Source: Burkholderiales bacterium (lineage in GTDB: Bacteria > Pseudomonadota > Gammaproteobacteria > Burkholderiales > Eutrophovitaceae). Taken from it: a stretch of DNA of 64,000 nt. Location: NCBI GenBank assembly GCA_035560005.1, contig DATMAN010000057.1, positions 14,292-78,291 of the forward strand, read 5' to 3'. Positions 10,066 to 19,714 of this stretch are shown one piece after another (the stretch's first letter is position 1; every line of letters starts with the position of its first letter). A program made the position numbers and the translations under genes. The notes beneath the pieces are model-generated. The model ran no database searches, was not told where the DNA came from, and saw only the letters and a list, made by a program, of their open reading frames with translations.

Positions 10066-11082
10066 TCAGCTAAACTGCCTGAGAAACCTCAAGTCGCCAT
10101 CGAAGAACAAACGCAGATCGTCGATGCCGTAGCGCAGCATGGTCAAGCGCTCCAACCCCGAACCGAACGCAAAGCCGATGTAGCGCTCCGGATCCAGCCC
10201 GAAGTTACGCACGACGTTTGGATGGACCTGGCCAGCGCCCGAGATTTCCAGCCAGCGCCCTTCCAGAGGTCCGCTGTCGAACCGCATGTCGATCTCCGCC
10301 GAGGGTTCGGTGAACGGGAAGTACGACGGCCGGAAGCGCACGTCGAGCCCATCGGTCTCGAAGAACCGATGCAGGAAATCGGTGTACACGCCCTTCAGGT
10401 CGGCAAAGCTGATGTCTTCATCGATCCACAGGCCCTCGACCTGGTGGAACATCGGCGAATGGGTGGCGTCGGAATCGACCCGGTAGGTGCGTCCTGGCGC
10501 GATCACCTTGATCGGTGGAGAATGCATCCGCGCGTAACGCACCTGCATCGGGCTGGTGTGCGTGCGGAGCAGTAGCGGCCTGCCGTCCGCGTCCATGCAG
10601 TCGACATAGAAGGTGTCGTGCATCGAGCGCGCAGGATGATTCTCCGGCTGGTTCAGGGCGGTGAAGTTGTACCAGTCGCTCTCGATCTCCGGGCCATCCG
10701 CTACATCGAAGCCGATGGAACCGAATATCTGCTCGATGCGCTGCCAGGTGCGCATGACGGGATGGATGCCGCCTCGGCTGCGCCCGCGCCCGGGAAGCGT
10801 CACGTCCAGGGACTCCTCGGCCAGCCGTCGCGACAGCTGTGCGGCCTGGATCGCCTCGCGCCGTGCCGCGAGCAGCCGCTCGACCGCTTCCTTCGCCTGA
10901 TTGATGCGCGCTCCTGCCTCTGGGCGCTGCGCTGCTGGCAATTTGCCCAGACTCTTGAGAAGCCCGGTGATCACGCCGCTCCGACCCAGGTAGCGCGCCT
11001 TGGCCTGCTCTAGCTCAGCTGGCTCGTCGATCGCCTCGAACGCGGCACGCGCTTCGGCAACGATATCCTCGAGATTCTCCAT
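10066..11082 (-). CDS. pheS: Phenylalanine-tRNA ligase alpha subunit
   Basis: [16 protein letters not shown].. followed by class II motifs (HPxx[24 protein letters not shown]). The start is chosen at ATG 11082; the upstream part of the ORF overlaps rplT. Confidence 0.95.
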   Translation of the reverse strand: MENLEDIVAEARAAFEAIDEPAELEQAKARYLGRSGVITGLLKSLGKLPAAQRPEAGARINQAKEAVERLLAARREAIQAAQLSRRLAEESLDVTLPGRGRSRGGIHPVMRTWQRIEQIFGSIGFDVADGPEIESDWYNFTALNQPENHPARSMHDTFYVDCMDADGRPLLLRTHTSPMQVRYARMHSPPIKVIAPGRTYRVDSDATHSPMFHQVEGLWIDEDISFADLKGVYTDFLHRFFETDGLDVRFRPSYFPFTEPSAEIDMRFDSGPLEGRWLEISGAGQVHPNVVRNFGLDPERYIGFAFGSGLERLTMLRYGIDDLRLFFDGDLRFLRQFS

Positions 11083-11088
11083 GGTGTA

Positions 11089-11116
11089 ACAAAAAAGGAG
11101 GCTCGCGAGCCTCCTT
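11089..11116 (-). terminator. Intrinsic terminator/attenuator hairpin between rplT and pheS
   Basis: The minus strand reads AAGGAGGC-UCGCGA-GCCUCCUU followed by UUUUGUU, ending 8 nt before the pheS ATG. Confidence 0.6.
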
Positions 11117-11134
11117 CCCGGTCTGACTCGCGGT

Positions 11135-11494
11135 TCAGCCGCCCAGACTCGCCTTTGCTTGCAGTGCAAGCTTCTCGAAAGCGACCTTATCGGCCACGGC
11201 GAGGTCGGCGAGCACCTTGCGGTCCACGTCGATCGCGGCCTTCCTCAGCCCGTTCATGAGCCTGCTGTATGACAGTCCAAGCTCGCGCGCTGCCGCGTTG
11301 ATCCGCACAATCCACAACGCCCGGAATACCCGCTTCTTCGCGCGCCGGTCCCGATACGCATACTGGCCTGCCTTGATCACCGCCTGCTTGGCAACCTTGA
11401 ACGTGCGGCTGCGCCGACCCCTGAAGCCCTTGGCCTGTTCCAGCACGCGCTTGTGACGCGCACGGGTCGTTACCCCTCGTTTGACTCTTGGCAT
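11135..11494 (-). CDS. rplT: 50S ribosomal protein L20
   Basis: [28 protein letters not shown].. is the L20 signature. Confidence 0.97.
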   Translation of the reverse strand: MPRVKRGVTTRARHKRVLEQAKGFRGRRSRTFKVAKQAVIKAGQYAYRDRRAKKRVFRALWIVRINAAARELGLSYSRLMNGLRKAAIDVDRKVLADLAVADKVAFEKLALQAKASLGG

Positions 11495-11506
11495 GGCTGT
11501 CCCTCG

Positions 11507-11704
11507 CTACGCGTACGGCAGCATCGCGCGCACGGCGCGCCGGTCGCCGGCAAACACTTCGGTTGTCCCGCGCAGCCGGCGCTTGCGCTTGGTGGGTTTC
11601 TTCGTGAGGATGTGACGTAGATTGGCCTGAGCGCGCTTGATGCGCCCGCTTCCCGTAATCTTGAAGCGCTTGGCCGCGCCACTCTTGGTCTTCAATTTCG
11701 GCAT
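11507..11704 (-). CDS. rpmI: 50S ribosomal protein L35
   Basis: [36 protein letters not shown].., 65 aa. The longer ORF extension is rejected. Confidence 0.95.
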   Translation of the reverse strand: MPKLKTKSGAAKRFKITGSGRIKRAQANLRHILTKKPTKRKRRLRGTTEVFAGDRRAVRAMLPYA

Positions 11705-11797
11705 AGCAACTGACTCCTGTTCTGGCCTGGCGCCGGGTGGCCTTGCGGCGCTTGCGTTACCCGGACACCACTTCTGAAGGGCGGTCAACCGTTCGCC

Positions 11798-11833
11798 GCG
11801 AATCGCCCCGCCCATTGCTGCGAATCGCCCCGC
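11798..11833. repeat. Two perfect copies of a 14-nt direct repeat in the infC-rpmI spacer
   Basis: gcgaatcgccccgc occurs at 11798-11811 and again at 11820-11833, read directly. Confidence 0.9.
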
Positions 11834-11842
11834 AACTAGCAA

Positions 11843-12364
11843 CTACTTGTGCTTCTTGGGCGCCAGCACCATGACCAGCTGCCGGCCCTCCAGCTTGGGA
11901 AACTGTTCCACCTGCCCATAGGGTTCCAGGTCCGCCTTGACGCGCTCGAGGAGCTTGATCCCGAACTCCTGGTGCGCCATCTCGCGCCCGCGAAAGCGCA
12001 GCGTGACCTTAGCCTTGTCGCCCTCGCCCAGGAATCGGATCAGGTTGCGCAGCTTGATCTGGTAGTCACCTTCGTCGGTTCCAGGCCGGAACTTGATTTC
12101 CTTGACCTGGATCTGCTTCTGCTTGAGCTTCGCCTCGTGCCGCTTCTTGGCCTCGGTGTACTTGTACTTGCCGTAGTCCATCAGCCGGCATACCGGCGGC
12201 TTCGCGGTCGGCGCGATTTCCACCAAATCGACCTCGTGCTGCTCGGCAAGCTGCAGCGCCTTTTCGATCGGGACGATGCCGACCTGCTCACCGTCCTTGC
12301 CGATCAGCCGGACTTCCGGCGCCGTAATCTCTTGGTTGATTCGGACTTCTCTTTCCTGAGCTAT
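11843..12364 (-). CDS. infC: Translation initiation factor IF-3 (non-canonical ATA start)
   Basis: The ORF track starts at 12226, but the frame stays open upstream and encodes typical IF-3 N-terminal sequence ([42 protein letters not shown]). No ATG, GTG or TTG is available. An ATA at 12364-12362 sits 8 nt after AAGGAG. Confidence 0.88.
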   Translation of the reverse strand: MAQEREVRINQEITAPEVRLIGKDGEQVGIVPIEKALQLAEQHEVDLVEIAPTAKPPVCRLMDYGKYKYTEAKKRHEAKLKQKQIQVKEIKFRPGTDEGDYQIKLRNLIRFLGEGDKAKVTLRFRGREMAHQEFGIKLLERVKADLEPYGQVEQFPKLEGRQLVMVLAPKKHK

Positions 12365-12393
12365 AGGCAGGTCTCCTTAGTACCAAAAAAAAA

Positions 12394-14304
12394 TTACGCC
12401 GCGCCGCCCGGGAGCTCGGATTTCAGCCGCGTGATGAAATCAGCCAGCGGCATCTGCCCGAGATCGTCACCCCCCCGAGTGCGCACGGCGACCGTGTGCG
12501 CTGCCATCTCCTTGTCGCCCACGATGAGCTGGTATGGCAGCTTCTGCAAACTATGTTCCCGAATCTTATAGGTTATTTTCTCGTTCCTCAAGTCGGCAAA
12601 AACCCTGAGGCCGGCTTTGACGAGGGCCGCGGCAACTTCCTGCGCATACGCTGTCTGGTGTTCGGAGATGTTCATGACGACCACTTGCTGGGGAGCGAGC
12701 CAGAGTGGCAGCGCCCCCGCGTAGTGCTCGAGAAGAATACCGATGAATCGCTCCAGCGAGCCCACGATGGCGCGATGAAGCATGACCGGCACCTTCCGCG
12801 TGTTGTCTTCATCGACGAACTCGGCTCCGAGCCGGCCGGGCATCATGAAATCGACCTGGATCGTTCCGCACTGCCAGGCCCTGCCGATGCTGTCCTTCAG
12901 TTGGTACTCGATCTTCGGTCCATAGAACGCACCTTCACCCGGCAGCTCCTGCCACTGTACACCGCAGCTTCCAAGTGCTTGGCGTAGAGCGCTTTCTGCC
13001 TGGTCCCATACCGCATCGGAGCCGAGCCGCCTTTCGGGGCGCAGCGCCAGCTTGATCGTGACGTCGCTGAAGCCGAAATCGGCGTAGACCTTCAGCGCCA
13101 GCCGGTGAAAGGCCACCACTTCTGACTCGATCTGCGCCGGCGTGCAGAAGATATGACCGTCGTCCTGCGTGAAGGCCCGCACTCGCATGATGCCGTGCAG
13201 TGCGCCAGAGGGCTCGTTGCGGTGGCAGCTTCCGAATTCTCCATAGCGCAACGGCAGATCCCGGTAGCTGCGCAATCCGCTGTTGAAGATCTGGACGTGG
13301 CCAGGGCAGTTCATCGGTTTGATGGCGTATTCCCGGTTTTCCGACGAGGTGAAGAACATGTTCTCGCGGAAATTGTCCCAATGTCCCGAGCGCTGCCAGA
13401 GCGACACATCGAGAATCTGCGGGCAGCGTACTTCCTGATATCCGTTGTCGCGGTAGACGGCGCGCATGTACTGCTCGACCTGCTGCCAGATGGTCCAGCC
13501 CTTGGGGTGCCAGAACACCATTCCCGGCGCTTCGTCCTGGGTGTGGAACAGGTCCAGTTGCCGGCCCAGCTTGCGGTGGTCGCGTTTCTCGGCCTCCTCG
13601 AGTCTGAACAGGTAGGCGTCGAGATCCTCTTTTCTGGCCCAGGCGGTACCGTAGATCCGTTGCAGCATTTCGTTGCGCGAATCGCCGCGCCAGTAGGCTC
13701 CGGCCACCTTAAGCAGCTTGAAAGTCTTCAGCTTGCCGGTGGAAGGCACATGCGGTCCGCGACACAGATCGACGAAACCGCCCTGCCCGTAGAGCGAGAT
13801 CGGCTCGCCCTCCGGAATGGCCTCGACGATCTGCGCCTTGTAGTGCTCACCCTGCTTTCTGAACAGCTCGATTGCCGCCCTGCGATCGATGACCTGACGC
13901 TCGATCCGGTAGTCGCGCCTGGCGATCTCGGCCATTCTTTTCTCGATCGCCGCGAGATCCTCGGGTGTGAACGGCCGCCGGTACGCAAAATCGTAGTAGA
14001 AACCGTCCTCGATGACCGGACCGATCGTGACCTGCGCATCGGGAAACAGCTCCTTCACCGCATGAGCCAGCAGGTGTGCCGTGGAGTGGCGGATGATCTC
14101 GAGACCGTCTTTTTCATCCGCGGTGACGATCGCCACTTCGGCGTCGCGGTCCACCACGAAGGCGGTGTCGACCAGCTTGCCGTCCACCCGCCCTGCTACA
14201 GCGGCACGTGCCAGTCCCGGGCCGATCGCGGCCGCGATCGCTTCCACTGTCATCGGCTTATCGAACGACTTTACCGAGCCGTCGGGGAGGCGAACATTGG
14301 GCAT
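12394..14304 (-). CDS. thrS: Threonine-tRNA ligase
   Basis: [14 protein letters not shown].. TGS domain, editing domain, class II core and anticodon-binding domain; 636 aa. Confidence 0.97.
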   Translation of the reverse strand: MPNVRLPDGSVKSFDKPMTVEAIAAAIGPGLARAAVAGRVDGKLVDTAFVVDRDAEVAIVTADEKDGLEIIRHSTAHLLAHAVKELFPDAQVTIGPVIEDGFYYDFAYRRPFTPEDLAAIEKRMAEIARRDYRIERQVIDRRAAIELFRKQGEHYKAQIVEAIPEGEPISLYGQGGFVDLCRGPHVPSTGKLKTFKLLKVAGAYWRGDSRNEMLQRIYGTAWARKEDLDAYLFRLEEAEKRDHRKLGRQLDLFHTQDEAPGMVFWHPKGWTIWQQVEQYMRAVYRDNGYQEVRCPQILDVSLWQRSGHWDNFRENMFFTSSENREYAIKPMNCPGHVQIFNSGLRSYRDLPLRYGEFGSCHRNEPSGALHGIMRVRAFTQDDGHIFCTPAQIESEVVAFHRLALKVYADFGFSDVTIKLALRPERRLGSDAVWDQAESALRQALGSCGVQWQELPGEGAFYGPKIEYQLKDSIGRAWQCGTIQVDFMMPGRLGAEFVDEDNTRKVPVMLHRAIVGSLERFIGILLEHYAGALPLWLAPQQVVVMNISEHQTAYAQEVAAALVKAGLRVFADLRNEKITYKIREHSLQKLPYQLIVGDKEMAAHTVAVRTRGGDDLGQMPLADFITRLKSELPGGAA

Positions 14305-14328
14305 TGCTCTTCAAGTTGTGTCGAATCC

Positions 14329-14354
14329 AAAAAAAAAGTGCGGCAGAGCCGCAC
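14329..14354 (-). terminator. Intrinsic terminator between tRNA-Val and thrS (candidate attenuator)
   Basis: The minus strand reads GUGCGGC-UCU-GCCGCAC followed by nine U. The U tract ends 24 nt before the thrS ATG. Confidence 0.75.
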
Positions 14355-14446
14355 TTTCTTCTGAGGCAGAAAAACCGGCTCATCCGCCCTGTCGGCCGTT
14401 GGTCGTGAGCGCTTTCAAGAAGGCCATCTACTCTGCCCCGCAGTCC

Positions 14447-14523
14447 TGGTAGGCGCGATTGGACTCGAACCAACGACCCCCACCATGTCAAGGTGATGCT
14501 CTAACCAGCTGAGCTACGCGCCT
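14447..14523 (-). tRNA. tRNA-Val (anticodon GAC)
   Basis: Reverse complement AGGCGCGTAGCTCAGCTGGTTAGAGCATCACCTTGACATGGTGGGGGTCGTTGGTTCGAGTCCAATCGCGCCTACCA. Acceptor AGGCGCG/CGCGCCT, anticodon loop TTGACAT, T loop TTCGAGT, and an encoded CCA. Confidence 0.9.
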
Positions 14524-14535
14524 TTGGAGCGGCCG

Positions 14536-14564
14536 ATTCTAGCCGAATCGGCTCTCCGCTTCAA
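14536..14564 (-). promoter_or_regulatory. Candidate sigma70 promoter for the tRNA-Val / thrS transcription unit
   Basis: The minus strand reads TTGAAG (14564-14559), a 17-nt spacer, then TAGAAT (14541-14536). The -10 ends about 12 nt before the tRNA 5' end. Confidence 0.5.
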
Positions 14565-14577
14565 ACCAGGCCGCGTG

Positions 14578-16788
14578 CTAGCGTCGCTGCGCGCCGTTTA
14601 CGCCTGGCAGCGCGCGGATCTGCTTCAGCAGCAACTCCAGCTGTGTCACGCCTTCGACTTCCAGCGTCAACAGCAGGCGTGCGGAGAGATCGCGTACCTG
14701 GGAGTTGCTGGACAGTACCCGCACCTTTTCCCGCGACATTATGTCGAGCACGTCGCGCATGAGATTCGGATGGCCACTACCGAGTACCTCCACGTCCACC
14801 GCGAAGCGCGTGGACGAATCGCGCCGTCCCCATTGCGCGGCAATGAGCCGTTCCGCCGGCAGCTGCGCCACGTTGCTGCAGGCGACTCGATGGACCGTCA
14901 CGCCGCGCCCACGGGTGACGAAGCCGATGATCGGATCGGGCGGCGCAGGCTTGCAGCAGCGCGCCAGTTGCGTGAGCAGCTTGTCTACCCCCACCAGCAG
15001 GATGCCAGAGGCAGGCTGCCGCGCCGGGAGTCCCGCCAGCGGCATCACTTGTGCCGCTGGGGCTACTGCGGCCCCCGGGCTCTTTAGCGCGTTCTGCAGG
15101 CTGCGCGCGCTGATCTCGCCGCGCGACTGGGCGAGAAACAGTTCCTCCACGCTGCCAAATTTCAGCGCCGCTGCCAGTTCCTCCAGTCCCGTGTGGATGC
15201 GCCCGAGGCGGGCCAGCTCCTTCTCGAGCGCAATGCGCCCTGCGGCCAACGCTTGTGCATGCTCGCGGCTGTTGAACCACTGGCGCACCTTTGCCCGCGC
15301 TCTGCCGCTGCGGATGAAGCCCAGCTCGGGATTGAGCCAGTCGCGCGATGGCCCCCCTTCCTTGGCGGCCACAATCTCGACCACTTCTCCGTTGGACAAC
15401 TGGTAGTGCAGTGGGACCATCTGGCCGTTGACTTTGGCGCCGCGGCAGCGGTGTCCCAGCTCGGTGTGCACGTGGTAGGCGAAATCGATCGGCGTGGCGC
15501 CTTTCGGCAGATCGATCACGCGTCCCGCCGGCGTAAGCACGTAGACCGAGTCTTCGAACAGCTCGGTCTTGAACGACTCCGCCAGTTCCCCGGCATCGGA
15601 CAGTTCCTCGCGCCAGTCGAGAATCCTGCGCAGCCACGACAGCCTGCGGTCGAAGCGCGCGTCGACGCCGGCCGATTCCTTGTAGCGCCAGTGCGCCGCC
15701 ACGCCCAGCTCGGCGTGCTGATGCATCTCGTGCGTCCGGATCTGCACCTCCAGAATCTTGTCCTCCGGACCGACTACAGCGGTGTGCAGCGAGCGGTAAT
15801 CGTTGGCTTTGGGCTTCGCGATGTAGTCGTCAAACTCTCCCGGCACGGGGCTCCACAGGTTGTGCACGATGCCCAGCGCGGTGTAGCAGTCCTTGACGTC
15901 GTCGACCAGCACGCGTACGGCACGCACGTCGGAGAGCTGGTCCAGCGCCACACCCTTGCGCATCATCTTCTTGTAGATGCTGAAGATGTGTTTCGGTCGC
16001 CCGCTCACCTCGGCCGCGATGCCCCCAGCGGCTAGCTGTTCGCGCAGGACCCGGATGACGCGCGTGATATAGGCTTCCCGATCGGCCCGCTTCTCGTCGA
16101 GCCCGCGCGCGATACTTTTGTAAGTCTCGGGCTCTTGACAGCGGAACGCCAGGTCTTCCAGCTCCCATTTGAGCTGCCACACGCCCAAGCGATTGGCCAG
16201 CGGCGCAAGCAGCTCGAAGGTATCCTGCGCCGCTTGCGCCCGCTGGTATGCGTCCGCGTGCACCGCGACGTAACGCAGGGTCTGCACCTGATCTGCGAGC
16301 TTGATCAGCACGACGCGGATGTCCTGCACCATGGCAAGCAGCATCTTGCGCAACGCCTCCAGTTGCGCGGACTTGTCCGCGGAGCGTGCCAAGGCATCGG
16401 CTCTGCCGCGCAGAGCCTGAATCGGCGCCATGCTGTGGACACCTTGGACCAGAACGACGACCGGCTGGCCGAGGCGCCTGGCGAGCGCCTCGCGGGTCGC
16501 GGGATCCGCAAGCTCGGCGCCCAGCAGCAACGCCGCGGCGAGCGCTTCGCCGTCCATGCGCAGGACACCCAGCGCGCTCGCCGTGCCGCGCGCATGGTCG
16601 AGCCAGGACTCACCGCAGGGATGGATGCGGCCGGCGTAGGCAGCCGCCGCCCAGTCGAGCGCTCGTGCAACAAGGTCGCGCTCGCGGGCAGGAAGGCGCT
16701 CCACCAGGGCCTGCAACCAGGGCTGCGGCTGCGCGCCGCATTCGATTTCAGCTGTCCCACCCATACCCTTGACTCTCTCAGAGCCCAT
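14578..16788 (-). CDS. relA: GTP pyrophosphokinase RelA ((p)ppGpp synthetase I)
   Basis: RelA/SpoT synthetase core (YRSLHTAVVGPEDKILEVQIRTHEMH), TGS (VYVLTPAGRVIDLPKGATPIDFAY) and a C-terminal ACT-like domain. The N-terminal HD region lacks the HD dyad, so this is RelA rather than SpoT. The exact start is uncertain (16788 or 16764). Confidence 0.9.
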   Translation of the reverse strand: MGSERVKGMGGTAEIECGAQPQPWLQALVERLPARERDLVARALDWAAAAYAGRIHPCGESWLDHARGTASALGVLRMDGEALAAALLLGAELADPATREALARRLGQPVVVLVQGVHSMAPIQALRGRADALARSADKSAQLEALRKMLLAMVQDIRVVLIKLADQVQTLRYVAVHADAYQRAQAAQDTFELLAPLANRLGVWQLKWELEDLAFRCQEPETYKSIARGLDEKRADREAYITRVIRVLREQLAAGGIAAEVSGRPKHIFSIYKKMMRKGVALDQLSDVRAVRVLVDDVKDCYTALGIVHNLWSPVPGEFDDYIAKPKANDYRSLHTAVVGPEDKILEVQIRTHEMHQHAELGVAAHWRYKESAGVDARFDRRLSWLRRILDWREELSDAGELAESFKTELFEDSVYVLTPAGRVIDLPKGATPIDFAYHVHTELGHRCRGAKVNGQMVPLHYQLSNGEVVEIVAAKEGGPSRDWLNPELGFIRSGRARAKVRQWFNSREHAQALAAGRIALEKELARLGRIHTGLEELAAALKFGSVEELFLAQSRGEISARSLQNALKSPGAAVAPAAQVMPLAGLPARQPASGILLVGVDKLLTQLARCCKPAPPDPIIGFVTRGRGVTVHRVACSNVAQLPAERLIAAQWGRRDSSTRFAVDVEVLGSGHPNLMRDVLDIMSREKVRVLSSNSQVRDLSARLLLTLEVEGVTQLELLLKQIRALPGVNGAQRR

Positions 16789-19126
16789 GCCAGAAGCGCG
16801 AGTACGCCAGCCGCCACTGTTCCACAGCGGTCCCGTCCGGTCGCAGCCTGAAGGTCACCGCTCCGGAGACGTCGGTGCGCAGCAGATTTGCCCCAGCAGC
16901 ACGATAGCGGGCCGCGACGAGCGGGTGGGGATGGCCGAAGCGGTTCCGATAGCCGGCGCAGAACACTACGTGCCGCGCACCCACGGCCTCTACGAAATCG
17001 GCACCGGAGGAGGTTCTGCTGCCGTGATGAGGCGCGACCAGGATCGCAGCTGACAAGCGCGCAGGCAAATGCGCAAGGAGTTCGCGCTCGGAACGTTGTT
17101 CGATGTCGCCCGCGATCAGCACGGCGCCGTAGGGCGTGATGACGCGCAGCACACAGCTGCGGTCGTTATCTTTCAGTTGCGGCCGATTATAGCTGTGTGC
17201 CTGCGGGTGAAGAATCTCGAAGGTGGTCGCTCCCCATCGCCAGGTCTGACCGGCCGCGCAGCGCGAAGCGGTATGCGACGCGATGTTGATCGGATGCGTC
17301 GTCGGCAGCGAGGACAACGTCAGTGCGACCGGCATCGCGGACAGGACCGAACTCGCACCCCCGGCGTGGTCCGTGTCGTCATGGCTCACGATCAAGGCGT
17401 CCAGGGCGCGCACCCCTTCGCCGCGCAAATACGGGATCACGACCCGTTCGCCCGCGTCGCTGCCCCCCGGATATGCCGGGCCTGCGTCGAACAGCAGTGC
17501 GCGGTTGGCCGTGCGCACGACAACCGCGAGCCCTTGTCCCACGTCGAGCGCTGTGATCCACACTTCGTCGTGGGCAGGACCGGCAGGTCGCGTCAGAAAC
17601 AGCGGCAGCATCGCCACAGCGCCCACCCATCTCGAGGGGAATCCGCGTGGCAGCAGCAGCCAGCCGGCGCCAAGTAGTGCCGCCGCCACGGCCCACGGCG
17701 GCGGCGCATGCTGCTGCCACGCGGCTCCCGGCATCGAGGCCAGCCACTGCAGCATCGCGACGCACACTCCCGCCACCGCGTGGGCCCCCTGTGCCAGAAG
17801 ATCCAGCGGCACAACGATGAAGGCGAGCGCGAGCGGCACGACGATCAGGCTGATGAGAGGAATGGCTGCAGCGTTGGCCAGGGGCGAGATGACCGAGACC
17901 TGCTGAAACAAGGCAATGAGCAGCGGGACGAGCGCCACGCTGACCGCCCATTGGGCCCGGCCCCAGGCGCGCAGCACCCCCGTGGGCCGAAGACGGCCAC
18001 TGCCGACGAGTGTCAGGGCGGCTACCGCCCCGAAGGACAGCCAGAAGCCGGCCGATGCCGCGGCCCAGGGGTCGATCGCCACGACCAAGACCAGGGCAAC
18101 GCCCAGCACGCTGGCTGCGGGCCAGCGCCAGCCGCTCCACAGCGCGATTGCGATCACGGCGAGCATGTAGACCGTGCGCTGCGCCGGAACGGCGAAACCT
18201 GCCAGCAGCGCATAACCTAGCGCCCCGAGCAGGCCCACGGCCGTGGCCGCGCGCACCACCGGAATCCGGGCCGCCAGCCGACCGGTTCGACGCCAGATCG
18301 CCGCGACGGCGACGAACAGCAGGCTCGCCACCATCGTGATATGCAGACCCGAAATGCTCATCAGGTGATTGACCCCGGTCCGCGTAAACAGGGTCCACTG
18401 CGGGGACGGAATCGCTTGCTGGTCACCGACCGCCAAGGCGACGATGAGCCCGCGATATGGCGCCTCGCCCAGGGCATCGAACAGCCGCTGCCGTACGCGC
18501 TCGCGTGTCCGGGCGATCAGATGGCGCGGCGAAGCACGTGACTCGCCCAGCGCATTGGGGTGCGGGCTGGCGCGCACGTAACCGGTAGCTCTTATGCCGC
18601 GCTCGAGCAACCAGCGTTCGAGATCGAATCCGTGGGGATTGTAGTTTCCGTGCGGCCTCTGCAAGCGGACGGTCAATTGCCAGCGCTGCCCTGCGTGCAG
18701 CTCGCGCTGTGCCGGCAATGCGCCGCTTCGCTCGTCGTACCAGTTCAGGATCACGCTACGCGGCACGATCGCGCCCGGCGTGAGGACTTTCTCCACGTCG
18801 AAGCGGATCCGGCTGCCGCGCGCGGATCGTTGCGGCAGGTCGGCCACGACGCCTTCGATTCGAACATCCCGGCCTTCCCACCATGGCGGCAGCCCCGACT
18901 GCAGTTTCCAGTGCGCGACCGCCGCCGCCCAGTGAAATCCGGCGAGCGCGCAGGCGGCGGCCGCGCTCGCAGCCGCCACCAGCGACAGTGCGCGACGCTG
19001 GGCGAACATTCCCAACAGCACGAGCGGCGGCAACGCGGCGATGCCCGACCAGGAAGGCAGGATTGGCTGCTGCAGTAACCACCAGCACCCGAGCGCGAAC
19101 GCGGAGGCAAACAAGAGTGTGATCAT
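16778..19126 (-). CDS. comEC: DNA internalization-related competence protein ComEC/Rec2
   Basis: DUF4131-like N-terminus, the multi-TM competence domain (GVNHLMSISGLHITM) and a C-terminal metallo-beta-lactamase domain (ALDVGQGLAVVV..SHDDTDHAGG). The start is taken at MITLLFAS. Confidence 0.88.
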   Translation of the reverse strand: MITLLFASAFALGCWWLLQQPILPSWSGIAALPPLVLLGMFAQRRALSLVAAASAAAACALAGFHWAAAVAHWKLQSGLPPWWEGRDVRIEGVVADLPQRSARGSRIRFDVEKVLTPGAIVPRSVILNWYDERSGALPAQRELHAGQRWQLTVRLQRPHGNYNPHGFDLERWLLERGIRATGYVRASPHPNALGESRASPRHLIARTRERVRQRLFDALGEAPYRGLIVALAVGDQQAIPSPQWTLFTRTGVNHLMSISGLHITMVASLLFVAVAAIWRRTGRLAARIPVVRAATAVGLLGALGYALLAGFAVPAQRTVYMLAVIAIALWSGWRWPAASVLGVALVLVVAIDPWAAASAGFWLSFGAVAALTLVGSGRLRPTGVLRAWGRAQWAVSVALVPLLIALFQQVSVISPLANAAAIPLISLIVVPLALAFIVVPLDLLAQGAHAVAGVCVAMLQWLASMPGAAWQQHAPPPWAVAAALLGAGWLLLPRGFPSRWVGAVAMLPLFLTRPAGPAHDEVWITALDVGQGLAVVVRTANRALLFDAGPAYPGGSDAGERVVIPYLRGEGVRALDALIVSHDDTDHAGGASSVLSAMPVALTLSSLPTTHPINIASHTASRCAAGQTWRWGATTFEILHPQAHSYNRPQLKDNDRSCVLRVITPYGAVLIAGDIEQRSERELLAHLPARLSAAILVAPHHGSRTSSGADFVEAVGARHVVFCAGYRNRFGHPHPLVAARYRAAGANLLRTDVSGAVTFRLRPDGTAVEQWRLAYSRFWHGL

Positions 19127-19153
19127 GGAGTTCCGGTAAGATGCCGCTGTTCG

Positions 19154-19714
19154 ATGCCGCGCAAACTGTTCCGCAAGTATCTTCCCAGCCACGAGAGCAT
19201 GCGCCAGCATCGCTGGCTGCGGTTTTTTGGCACCGCCGTGCATCACCACAACCTGTGGCACCTGAACCGCCGGTCGGTCGCCGGCGGTGTCGCCGTGGGT
19301 CTGTTCGCTGGGCTGATTCCCGGCCCTTTCCAGATCCTCTCCGCAGCCCTGCTGGCGATCGTGCTGCGCGTCAATCTCCCGGTCGCGGCGGTGGTGACCT
19401 TCTACACCAATCCCTTAACGATCGTGCCGCTTTATTTTGTGGCCTATCGCCTTGGTTCCCTTGTCCTGGGCCACGACGGCTCCGCCCTGCCCCAGGATCA
19501 GATCGACCTGTTCGATCTGCCGTTGCGCGACTGGATTCCGGCACTGGTCTCCTGGATGGGCGCGATGGGCAAGCCGTTCCTCTTCGGGCTGTTCCTGCTC
19601 GCCACCCTCCTTGCGGTCACCGGCTACGTCGCGGTGATGGCCGCGTGGCGACTGCACGTCTGGTGGAGCTGGCGCAGGCGCCATCGCGCCCGGCCCGGAA
19701 CGCTCAGACGCTGA
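19154..19714 (+). CDS. DUF2062 domain membrane protein
   Basis: MPRKLFRKYLPSHESMRQHRWLRFFG..LWHLNRRSVAGGVAVGLFAGLIP..NP is typical DUF2062. It is divergent from comEC with only 27 nt between the start codons. Confidence 0.8.
   Translation: MPRKLFRKYLPSHESMRQHRWLRFFGTAVHHHNLWHLNRRSVAGGVAVGLFAGLIPGPFQILSAALLAIVLRVNLPVAAVVTFYTNPLTIVPLYFVAYRLGSLVLGHDGSALPQDQIDLFDLPLRDWIPALVSWMGAMGKPFLFGLFLLATLLAVTGYVAVMAAWRLHVWWSWRRRHRARPGTLRR

Noticed and set aside
11083-11134. A search for a Phe-rich leader peptide (pheM-like) upstream of pheS.
   Set aside because: The rplT-pheS spacer is only 52 nt and contains just the terminator hairpin. No short ORF with Phe codons is present.
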